A DNA stretch of 64,000 nt from Diadema antillarum (taxonomy: Eukaryota): NCBI RefSeq assembly GCF_040938485.1, contig NW_027271583.1, positions 310,001 through 374,000 of the forward strand, read 5' to 3'. This document shows positions 52,966-64,000 of the stretch, in pieces (position 1 is the stretch's first letter; every line of letters begins with the position of its first letter). The notes under the pieces are model-generated. The model made no database searches and had not been told where the DNA came from. It saw only the letters and a list, made by a program, of their open reading frames with translations. Position numbers and translations under genes: made by a program.

Positions 52966-53735
52966 TCTAGAAAATTATCTAGTTTGCCTTCAAGATTCTT
53001 TACTTTAGCAGTGTCATATATATTTTCTTACGCTTCCTAGATATTTTCTTCATCACTCTATCAATCTATGGTACACAAGGACCAACAATTACTTTATGTT
53101 TGGGTACATTTTTCTTAGTTGCATCTAATAAGTTACCCTTCCATAATCTTCCAGTTAGACTCAATATCATTAGGTGATTCGCCATACATTTTGTAATTGT
53201 AACAAATCCATTCTATATAAAAGTCAAAATTGACCTTTGAACCAAGGTAAATCATCGGACTATCACCCCGGTTTTTTTTTTTTTTTTTTTTAGTTATATC
53301 AAATGTTGGGCTTTGCCATTTAAAGGGCTGTCCACGGGGCATACAAGATATGCGAAGAATGCGAATGTCGCAAGTCTAACATTCGTTTCCCTTCATGTCA
53401 TCTGAGTTATGAAAGTGAAGTAAAGTTTTATGTTAAGATAATTTATGAAATTACTTATAATTACTTATATTGCTCGACAGGAGCAGTGGCCTGGTGGCCA
53501 ATTGGGCAACTAAGTTGCAACATGGATTACAATGTTTATTTTTATTTCTGATGTACACTGTATTATAATCCTAATGTGTGGTATACACACGTCGGATTTA
53601 AACATTGCACAGATGAATTTGGCATATGAAAGTCTGTGTTAGGAGTGACAAAACCAAAACATCTTTCATCTCTTCCTGGGTTTTGTTGTTGTTGTTTTTT
53701 ATAGGATCTGAATTCTATATTAACGTTCGTCCGCC

Positions 53736-55546
53736 ATGGCATCCTCAACTGACGACAAAGCTCGCATTATGATCTGGAGCACGCCACGCTCGATCTCGAC
53801 CGCGTTCGCGAGATCGAAGTCGGCTCGAGGAGACACGGAAGTCTTCTAGGAGCCCTACCTTGCCTGCTACTCCTTTGGTCCGAACCAAACCATACGCTGG
53901 GGAGACAATATTCCAGGTAATTAAAGGACGCGTGTATTAATCCACAGATTTCCGGCTTTTTTCCATTCGTACATGACTGACGAATCATGATAGAAATAGA
54001 ATAGTGTTATAGTGCTGTGTCATCAATCTGCCAGTTATAATCGCATGAAGTAATAAATATAGACCCTGAAAGTAGCCATAGCTAGCTACATGAACTTCAT
54101 TCCTCATAACAAAAGGATGAAAAAACAAAGCTCGTACATTTCAAACAATGTTTTATGTAGCGCTTGCCTCAAGCATCGTTGATAAGAACCCTTTTAAGGA
54201 AAACAGGTCATAGGCTTATTGGCAGGTCTCTATAGGCGTGATGAATTAGGGTGTCTATCAGTCATAACTCGCATTATAAGCAATCTATGTGCCACCACTA
54301 AGCCCCTCTACGTCCAACTTCCACTGTCCACGAGGATAAAATTTACTGTTTTAAAAGTGCAAACTGACCGCCATTTAAATTCATTTCTTTCAGTTCAACT
54401 TGTAATTTTGTGACCGATCATCAAAAGAAAAACAGCGCTTGTAGAAACATCATTTTGACAATACTAATGAAAAGGAGGTTAGACCTAATTGACTTTGTTT
54501 GATAATTTCGGAGCTCTTAAACAAGAATGGCAAAGTTAGCGTAATATCGTATGGATGTGCACTACATGGAAAGGGCCATCCAAATGTAAAACATTTTGTT
54601 TTGTCTGTGTGTTTGTTTTCGTGTGCACACATGTGTCTTCATATCTGTGGGTTGTATAGGTATAAAAGAACATTCTTTATAGCTAAAGACAGGTACTCCA
54701 GGTCACTCAGTGCCCAGTATAAGCAAAATTGTCTCGCATATAATTATGTCGACTGCACTCTGTTGTGTATCGGCGTAAGTGTCATTATTTCTGTTCCATA
54801 TATTTCGTTTCGATCGGGTAGCGTTATAGTACACAAATCTGAATTTTTCACACAATACGTAATAGTTTTAATTTCCTGTATTTGTACATTTTCTGGCATG
54901 TCATACAGGTATGCTGAATGACAAGTATACATATAGCTACATCGACAAGATTCTGAATGCTGATTACCCAAACTCCAAGGTACTCTTCGTCAAGGGGATG
55001 GTGGAAGGTATTCGTGGTAATTTCGACATCGTCGACGCCAAGTTTAAGCATTCATTTCTGGTGCGCCATCCCGAAAAGATGTTTCGTTCCCTCGAGCGAA
55101 TGATAACAGCTCTTCCAGGTGCGAAGGTAGATTTCATACATGGTCTCAAAACCATCTACAACGACCTTGAAGACTTCTACAACCACGTCCAGACGAAATT
55201 CGGCCAACCCTCTCCTCCCATTATCGACGCGGACGATCTCGTCACCCACCCAGAGACCATCCTACCGAAGTACTGCGAGGCGATGGGGATCGACTTCACG
55301 CCCAAAATGCTCGAGTGGGACAGCGTAGACCCGAGCCAACTCTACTGGCATTGTACAGACGTGGGGGCTATCTCCAGTGATGCGCTGAAGAATACTGTGA
55401 TCATGTCCAACGCAATGCAAAGCAAGGGTTTCGGGAAAGCCCCCGATCCCACGAAATCATCTAAGCCGTCGCCCATTGTTGCAGAATGTGCCGAGTATGC
55501 CATGCCCCTCTATCAGAGATTTTATGATCTCCGCATTAAACCATGA
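53736..55546 (+). pseudogene. Sulfotransferase-like copy 6, join(53736..53916,54909..55546), premature TAG at codon 38
   Basis: TTC TAG GAG at 53847-53849 where all other copies have TGG (W38); also ATG>AAG (M28K). Splice sites and the last exon are intact. Confidence 0.8.
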
Positions 55547-56295
55547 TACCATTGCTATAGGGATTGTTAACTCTTAAATGTTAATGATTATTCAAGAAGA
55601 AAAATATGAATTTTCTTTTAAATCAATGCTTTAAAGCATATGATATGTATAAAATACGACATGATATGACAGAAAATGTAATAGATAACGGGAATTATCG
55701 CGACGCTACATGCATGATATCTTAATACTACAGGGTGAAAGAGAAAAAGACTCTTGGTCCGTATATCACGTCACCGATGTATGTCGACTTTACTTTTGAA
55801 TATACATGAGAATGCACATTCTACACTCATTTGCAAGGTGTCATGTTATTCAAAAGAAGAAAAGGTCTTCTGGATTATACTCTATCGTATTGTATTGTGT
55901 GCATGTGACGCCATTATCCTCGTCAAGCATGTCCTTTTGATATTGTCTTCACCGTCTCAATTATTGTTACATTTGTTTCGTTTGTCTTTTGAACAGCAGG
56001 TTTAAAGAAGAACAATTCCAGATTCTCACAGAAGGAAAGACTTATAAGAAAGTACTATAATAGGCAAAGGACAAGTACAAGTAATGTTACTGTTCACTTA
56101 CCATCGAAGGTGTAGAAAATGCCAGTGTTACAGTAATATCATTTTGGAGAGAGGTCGTCATGAGTCAATGAAGTGTGCATGACATTTAACATGCATGATG
56201 ATAAAAAATGGTCTATGAACCCAAGACAACGTCACTTCAAAACAGCTGAACACTTATAACGAGAAATTTAACCCATGATAGTGAGAGATGATTGT

Positions 56296-56845
56296 ACTGT
56301 ATACAGATTTAACTGCCCTATAAGCTTATTTTGGGGTTTTGGGATTTGGAGGGTTAGTGATAGGCCTACTTCGAACCGTCAAAGATTTACGTGTTCTTCT
56401 CGAAAACCTCAAGACGCTCTTTTCCTTTGTTTCACCTTTTTATTTCTTTCCTATGTTAAAATCGTTGATAAAATGCACTATGTACTGTACAGATTTAACT
56501 AGTCTATGAGCTTATATGGGGGGTTTGGGATTTGGAGGGTTAGTGATAAGCCTGCTTCGAACCGTCAAAGATGTACGTGTTCTTCTCGAAAACCTCAAGA
56601 CGCTCTTTTCCTTTGTTTCACTTTTTTATTTCTTTCCTATGTTAAAATCGGTGATAAATGCACTATGTACTGTACAGATTTAACTGCCCTATAAGCTAAT
56701 TTGGGGGTTTGGGGACTTGGAGGGTTAGTGATAAGCCTACTTCGAACTGTCAAAGATTTACGTGCTCTTCTTGAAAACCTCAGACACTCTTTTCCTTTGT
56801 TTCACCTCTTTATTTCTTTCCTATGTTAAAATCGTTAATAAAAAT
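56296..56845. repeat. ~185-bp tandem repeat, 3 copies
   Basis: The unit beginning …cagatttaact(g)…ata(a/t)gcttat occurs three times; the paralogous region (~26530-26690) has one copy. Confidence 0.85.
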
Positions 56846-57859
56846 GAACTGCACAAATGTATCAAGACTATCAAAGACGACATTTTATGTTGCCTGGAAC
56901 TCTGTTAACCTCATTGTAGTCTTGTGTCTCGTCGTAAAGGTTGTATATCCCTTCCAGAAATTCCACGATTTTTTTTCGGCTTCTTTTGTGGTTGCTCTCA
57001 TTATCACTATTTCTTAAAACTTTTGAAACATTGAATTTCCTATTGTCTAGCCTTCTTTTTAGCTCCATTTTTGAAAAAAAAAAACCCAAACATTTAGTTC
57101 GTCTGATTGTACCACATTAATACCAATATATGATTAAAAGTACACACAATTCTGGGATCTGTATTATATTTTGCTAGTTATCATGTCACAAATACATTGG
57201 AAGTGTGAAGTATGCGACGGCGTATTCAATGAAGAATATCTTATCGACATTATCATCACTTTCTTCTTTTACGTCGATTTTTTTAGGGAGTTATGAGATT
57301 AAATAGAATGAAATAACCTGTTTCACTTTCTACAATTTTACAATTCCGTGGGAATATTTGACAAGACATCGCACGTCTTCTTACTGGCGTCTTCATTCAG
57401 TACAGTGCGAAGACGGTTGTGAGCACTCCTATGGTGAGTCATACATTATCGCCGTTGACCTCAGCCAGGGTCGCGTGCGTGCGTTCTGGATCTGCGCACT
57501 CTTCACAGACCGTGCAGCGCAGTCGGTATCGTCGTCAAATAGATCGGGGTTCGACAAAAACAGACGAAACGGCTCGTTCGCGCACGCCATACGCCAGAGA
57601 TAAAAAATATATCACACAGGGAAATAGCCAGAAGTAACACGATCGTATATACGTAGGCCCTACTAGCAACCTGACCGTGAAAACACTTCCGGTAAAGTAG
57701 TAATAGAGCCATGGCTGAATATCGATTTTCATTTATAATAATGTTTAAAACCTTAGAAACGGGGAGTCCATGCTCATACTTGGATAATCGAGGCACTTAA
57801 ATGGGTTCAGAGTACATGCATTGTGGTGTTGACAGGGTCAGACAAACATTGCTCGAATA

Positions 57860-58247
57860 CATCATGGACTTCGAACAGCGAGACAGGCCTCGATCTTGCT
57901 GTTCATAGACGTGTGGTTTCCGATGCTTTGTTATCTGTCGGTACACTAACTCCCGTCGTTGACCTGTGATCTTTTAAACAAAAATGAGCCATACATGATG
58001 GGGAATGTCATCATATTATTATTGTATGCAGAAATACGAGCAGTTAGGACGTGGCAAAAGATGCATGGTTGATTATTAAATCTGTAGGCCTATGATACAA
58101 ACACACACACCCCGTGCTTCGAATGGCTTTCTAAAAACAAGTGTCATACGAAAGGTGTTCCGATCATCATCGCCTTCTCCTGGCCAACACAAAAGCAACA
58201 GTCGCTATCACTGGCCTTCTACGAAAGACAAACGCAGAGCTAAAGAG
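57860..58247 (+). promoter_or_regulatory. Putative promoter and non-coding first exon of copy 7 (donor GT at 58248)
   Basis: Same conserved block followed by a GTGAG donor; acceptor at 59572. Confidence 0.5.
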
Positions 58248-59603
58248 GTGAGTTTGTACTTTTCTTGACCTTTCACACTGACGTAACTCTTGCCTAGTCA
58301 TATTTCAGATTTTCGCGGTTGGTTGTTGCATTGGAAAGAACTTGTAAAGCATAATATCATACATGCTCAAATTATTATCATAATCAATGTGAAAAGCGAA
58401 TTAAAATGATGTGATCGCCGTCCTACGTTTTGTCAGGAAGTTGGTGAATTTTGAGAAATGTCGATTTTTGTAATTTTCGCCACAAATGCCATGTATCTCC
58501 AGAAACTGCATCTGCGCAGTTTCAAGGTCAAAGCTTAAACTGATTAAGTGAAGGATAATATCTAAATGGTCAATGACCAGATTATCTAAAACTAATGCGG
58601 AGGTATGAGAAGCATATAGAATAGTCGAATTTGAGAAGTTGCAAGATTTTTCTATAACCATAAGTGCATTCTTTCGACCTCATCTTCAAACTTCCGTTTC
58701 CATTTAAAATGCGTTTGTCAGAAGTATTTTATGTGCAAATACAAGAAGATAACATTTACCAACCATTGTTTCTGAAAATAGTCGATGTCCACGCACACAC
58801 ACATACAAACACACGAACAGCCATGTGCTTTTTATGGTCTTTCGGGACTTGCATGACCCCCAAAATTGTCTCTTTCCGTCTGCTTTTTCAAAGATTATAG
58901 TTAGGCCTATATTCATTTGTTCATTCTTTGTATATACATAACTGCATATAACAGCATCATCTGTTTTTCCGGATATAGTAATGAGAGCGTGCATGTTATT
59001 GTATACGCGAGGGTAGAATGATAATACGTAGGTATTTTTGTTCTCAAGACTAGTCAAGGTAAATTTGCTTGCGGCACAACCTAACTTCTGTGTTACTTTA
59101 GAAATCGTCGACCACCGGTTATTTCTGAAATTACATAGGAGTCAGGACTATTGCAAAGATCATCTGCTACAGTACTGACACAAATTTTTGGAGGCCTTAA
59201 TGTGTAGACCTATAAAATATATCTTCTTACATAGAACATTAAACAGAAATTCAGTTATTAGAATAAATGATAGCACACTCAGTGCAGTTTCTTCGCACTC
59301 GCGCTCTCTGGCTCTCTTTTCTTGTTAAAACTACATGTTTGTGTTGTCCCGTGCACGTCTTCAAATTTATGAAAGTGAAACGCAGTTTACACAAAAGAGA
59401 AGAAGTTGTTTATCTTGTCCATATATTTCAAGCTACTTACCATCCTTTCCTTCCTCATTATATATCATTGTGTACTATAAACTTGGGTTGTAAATATTTC
59501 ATCAGAATCATACAGTATTGCTTTGACTGTTTATGTGTTGTATACTCAAGGACTGATTTTTGTTTTCATTAGGATACGTAATTCACAGCAACACCTGTTC
59601 GCC

Positions 59604-59867
59604 ATGGCATCATCAACCAACGACAAAGCTCGCCTCATGATCTGGAGTACGCCACGCTCGATCTCGACCGCGTTCGCGAGATCGATGTCTGCTCGAGGAG
59701 ATACCGAGGTGTTCTGGGAGCCTTACCTTGCCTGCTACTCGTTTGGTCCGGACAGAAAGATACACTGGGGAGACCATATTCCAGGTATAGGCCCACTATA
59801 ATTATAGTCCATCATTACACATGTCGCACACAAGGCATGCATGCACATTGGACTTAGAAAACACATG

Positions 59868-59920
<53 letters not shown>

Positions 59921-60032
59921 ACATCAAATCTTGCACATTAATAGACACGTCTATTAATGTGCAAGATTTGATGTCAATAGATTTACTGTTCTTGCACCGC
60001 CCGCCATGTTGTGGTTAAGTCTTTTGATGCCA

Positions 60033-60077
<45 letters not shown>

Positions 60078-60239
60078 TGGTCCAAAAAATGTTGCGAATT
60101 CACGTATTGGCTCCAATATATTACAAACGAAGAATCAAGAAACTCCTGAGGAAGGTGGAGGCCCACCGAAAATTTGAGTACAATAAACTCATTCTTATTG
60201 GCGAAATAATGCATTACTAGTTTATTTCTTGATTCTTCG

Positions 60240-60279
<40 letters not shown>

Positions 60280-61784
60280 TACACGTCCAACTACAATAAT
60301 CAATGTACCAATAGATAATGCTAGTTCTATGTGACAGGTCCGTCACTTATAATCGTCGGAAGCAGTAAACGTATAGACCGAAAATGCCCGAGCTACATCC
60401 CTGAACATGTCTTTAGTTCTTGCTGGTCGATTCAAGGCACCTGCCTATAGGGTACTGTGGTGGAGAGCCCTCAAGATAAACAGGCCGGCCTCCTCGATGA
60501 ATGATAAATGACCAGCCGTAACTCTCATACCTTCAAGAGGAATATAAATGTTCCTTCTAACCCTCCATGAATAAGATTTACCGGAGTTTCACAAGTCCAA
60601 ACAGGTAGCGATTCTTAAATAATTTCTTTACGTTCACGCAGTAGTCGTATATTCATATAGTATTTTGACAATAGTATTAGTCGATTATTCAAAGAGTTAA
60701 TTGAAGTTGATAAGTACTTATCTCGTTCTTAAACAAATTACGGCAGCGTGTCGTCACGTGGTTATACTCCACGGAAGAGTCGGCAAAATCAAAGTCATTT
60801 CTTGTCTACGGTTATATTCTGTGTGCATGTATACAGGTGTTTTATATTGAATATGTACGTTTGTGTGTGCGTGTGAATGGGTGTTGAAAGGACAATCTTT
60901 ACGTAACGACGGGTACTGTTACGTCACTCTGTACCCAGTAGACGCAAAATTGACCTTCCTATCAAAATGCCCTCATCAGTTGCGTATCGCCATAAAACTG
61001 TATCTCTGTTCCATATTTTCCTTTTCGATCGAGTAACATTATACTTTTCCTAATACATCTGTTGGAATGCTGCAGACAAATCTGAAATTTTCAAATATAA
61101 CAGTTTGCGTTACTCTTTGCATTTCCTGGTATGCCATATTATATAGGTATGCTGAATGACAAGTATACGTACAGCTACATCGACACGATTCTGAATGCTG
61201 ATTACCCAAACTCCAAAGTACTCTTCGTGAAGGGGATGGTGGAAGGTATTCGTGGTAGCTTCGACGTCGTCGACGCTAAGTATAAACATTCCTTCCTCGT
61301 TCGCCATCCCGAAAAGATGTTTCGTTCCCTCGAGCGACTGGTTACAGCAATTCCCGGTGCGGAGCCAGATTTCATAAACGGTTTCAAGAACATCTACCAT
61401 GACCTCGAAGACTTCTACAAACACGTCCAAACAAAATTCGGCCAACCCTCTCCTCCCATCATCGACGCGGATGATCTCGTCTCCCACCCAGAGACCATCC
61501 TACCGAAGTACTGCGAGGCTATGGGGATCGAGTTCACCCCCAAGATGCTCGAGTGGGACAGCGTAGACCCGAGCCAACTCAACTGGCATTGTACAGACGT
61601 GGGAGATATCGCCAATGAGGTGCTGAAGAATACGGTGATCTTTTCCAACGCCATGCATAGTCAGGGTTTCGGGAAAGCCCCCGATCCCACGAAATCCGCA
61701 AAGCCGTCACCTACAGTTGCAGAGTATGCCGAGTTCGCCATGCCCGTCTATCAGAGATTTTACGATCTCCGCATTAAACCATGA
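59604..61784 (+). CDS. Sulfotransferase-like gene copy 7, join(59604..59784,61147..61784), 272 aa
   Basis: ATG 59604, GT at 59785, TAG acceptor at 61144-61146, intact frame. Confidence 0.88.
59916..59979. repeat. Perfect 31-bp inverted repeat with 2-nt loop
   Basis: tattgacatcaaatcttgcacattaatagac-ac-gtctattaatgtgcaagatttgatgtcaata. Confidence 0.85.
60142..60179 (+). ncRNA. Minimal type I hammerhead ribozyme-like motif (Penelope-like pLTR remnant) in the intron of copy 7
   Basis: ACTC-CTGAGGA-A-GGTGG-AGGC-CCACC-GAAA-ATTT-GAGT, followed by AATAAA. Lies inside a 16-bp inverted repeat (60127-60142 / 60225-60240) between (TA)n tracts. Confidence 0.5.
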
Positions 61785-64000
61785 TATCGTTGCTACGAAT
61801 CGTTAACACAGAAATATTGATGATTCTTCTAAAACATTATCTCTCTGGAAATCAGTGTTTTCAACGTGCTTGCATTAAAATCCGACGTGATAATTTATGA
61901 CAGAAATTATAGTTGATATTGAAAGGATATGAACGTGACGCTATTAATTGCAGAAAGCTTATTACAGCAGAGTAAAGGGGGAAACTCTTGATTCCGTGAA
62001 TTGCTTCAATCATCTATGCATGTCGACTTTACTTTTAAGAACGTGATCTAAGAATGCCAAATTCACACTAATTTGCAAAATTTTCTTTTATTAAGCACCA
62101 GAAATGGTATGACCAAGCTAAAATCATGAATTGTTTAACAATTCATGATTGAATGAATTGTTGAGGAGAAAAAGTTAAAGGAATAGAGAGAAAAGAAAAA
62201 TGGCAAACTATGATCTCAACGCTAGTTTTCTTGCTTGCAATCGAGATGTACATATAGCAGTCTCTTAGACACAATATCATATTTGAAAACCGATTATTAT
62301 GTGTGAAATAAACTATGTATATACAGCATCGTCGTTTCTCAGCCACATTGGGACTCGCGGCAGAACAAGAATATATTTTCTTGCTAGCTGGTAGGCCTAT
62401 ATTCTAACGGAATTCCACTGTTCATAATAGGGGAATGTTAAATTACTATTTGCATTCACCATGCACACACATTTCCTTTATCTTATGCAATGGAATGCAA
62501 TGTCATTATAAAACAATTGCATGTGTATGGGAATGCACATTTTTAATGTCTTATTGAGATTTATACTCTCATTCATGTGCACATTTGACAAATTATTATT
62601 TTTTTTCAGTTCAGCTTCTTTTCTGTAAACTTTTAAGAGTATAAATTGATATACTGAATTATTCTACTTTATATCCTATTGTTCTGTACGATTCAAATCG
62701 GGTTGTGTATTTTGTTTGTTTTGGTGGTTTTTTTTTTTGCAAATTGATCAAAAGATATGATAGCATAATGCAACCATTTTATTTTGTTTTACTCTTTATT
62801 GGATGGAAAAGCAATGAAACTGAACTGAGATGAAAGAAGTGTGAGTGAGATTGATCCTTTTTAAAAATGCATCCTAAGTCATAGTATTCAAGGAAGTTAT
62901 AGAAATGAATACTTGCCATATCTTAGTGAAATGAAATAATATGTGGAGGTTAAAACTTTAATAGATATTTACGATGATTATATGTATCCATTCTGAGCAT
63001 TTCACGAAATAGTAGAAAGATGTCACACACACACACACACACACACACAAATTCGGCAACATGTCTCTGTTGATAAAGTAAAATCTCCGATGTCCATCAT
63101 TGCAGAGTTCCACTATACGTGCATATAGTATGACTCTGTCCTGGGACCATTACTCTGTTTGATGAATTATGTACATTAATAATACTATGATGATCGTGAC
63201 GAAGGTTTGCGGTTCACGTTCACTTGCAAAAACCTCTCCTCAATTGTCAACACCATGTAAAAACCTTCAAGGATCATAATATTTCATATTACGTGTAATG
63301 ATATTTTTAACACTTCTCCCATGTTGTTGTTCACTTTATTCGCCGATGATATCAGCATTCTGCTATCCCACAAGAACTTTCAAGTAGTAATTGATATTAG
63401 GAATTGAGAATTTAAAAATGCTTCATTATGGTTCAAGTGTAGTAAGTTTTCTTTAAACATAAGTAAAACATGCATTTCCAAACTCTTCGTACACGCATGC
63501 AAATTTGTTACAAATACTATCATTCATAACCTCACTTTAGATAAAAAAAAAACACGTAAAATTTCTTGGTATTTATATAGGCAGGCGTCTGTCATGCATT
63601 GGGGTCAGCACGTATTGCACGATAAACACAAGGAATCTCTTAGTTGATTGTTTATTGTCAAGATACATGACAATAATCTATGAATAGTCTTATGCAATGT
63701 ACGTGTATGTTGAAACACTTAATTATCATAAAACGCTTCTCAGAGTTCTCAGTGCTCTCTAATTTCCATTCACACAGTAGCAACTTGCATTTTTTTACCC
63801 AACTTGTCCACTCAAAGCAAAGGAGAGAAAAGGGAATAGCAAAAAAAAAAGAAAAGAAAAGAAAAAGGAATTCAACCTGAGAGGCTACGTGTTCATAATA
63901 GTAAATTAAGATAATTATGATTCAATGAGCATGTATTGCACGAATGTATGCGTGTTGTACTACACATGTGTGAATATTGTTAGTCCTTTTCAAAGAAGTT

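Larger units (their letters stand above)
48216..63637 (+). repeat. Segmental tandem duplication, unit B (copies 6 and 7)
   Basis: Begins gtcgactacat (as at 21357); ends ...cacaaggaatc, matching 48203-48213 cacacggaatc. Confidence 0.75.

Noticed and set aside
53168-53182. Perfect-looking DR1 site TGACCTTTGAACC upstream of copy 6
   Set aside because: Not conserved at the paralogous position near 22082 (cgacccttgaacc), and such motifs are common in AT-rich invertebrate repeats.
524-61654. Many 60-125-aa minus-strand ORFs overlapping the sulfotransferase exons
   Set aside because: Antisense shadows of GC-richer coding exons; they recur only because the exons are duplicated.

Overview
AT-rich, intron-containing animal genomic DNA. 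The repeat landscape suggests a marine invertebrate, plausibly an echinoderm, but this is inference only. The window is a tandem array of seven same-strand (+) paralogues of a small (~272-274 aa), apparently cytosolic, stand-alone sulfotransferase-like P-loop protein (Sulfotransfer_5 / PF19798-type; motifs WSTPRSISTAF, FLVRHPEKMFRS, PPIIDADDL). Copy 1 shows only its last exon. Each gene has a 181-nt first coding exon, a phase-1 intron and a 638/644-nt last exon; most also appear to have a non-coding first exon. Copy 6 has a premature stop (W38*) and lacks the upstream exon/promoter because it was created by a tandem segmental duplication (~21357-48213 vs ~48216-63637). Copy 3 is a deletion-fusion chimera carrying a relic exon. 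Spacers and introns contain many DNA transposons whose ends and TSDs can be read against the paralogous empty sites: a 6.8-kb long-TIR element of unclear superfamily, an Academ-like 4.1-kb element, and Harbinger-, Kolobok- and MULE-like elements and MITEs. There are also LINE RT fragments, tandem repeats, and a Penelope-type minimal hammerhead ribozyme motif in the intron of copy 7. No rRNA, tRNA or CRISPR could be supported.
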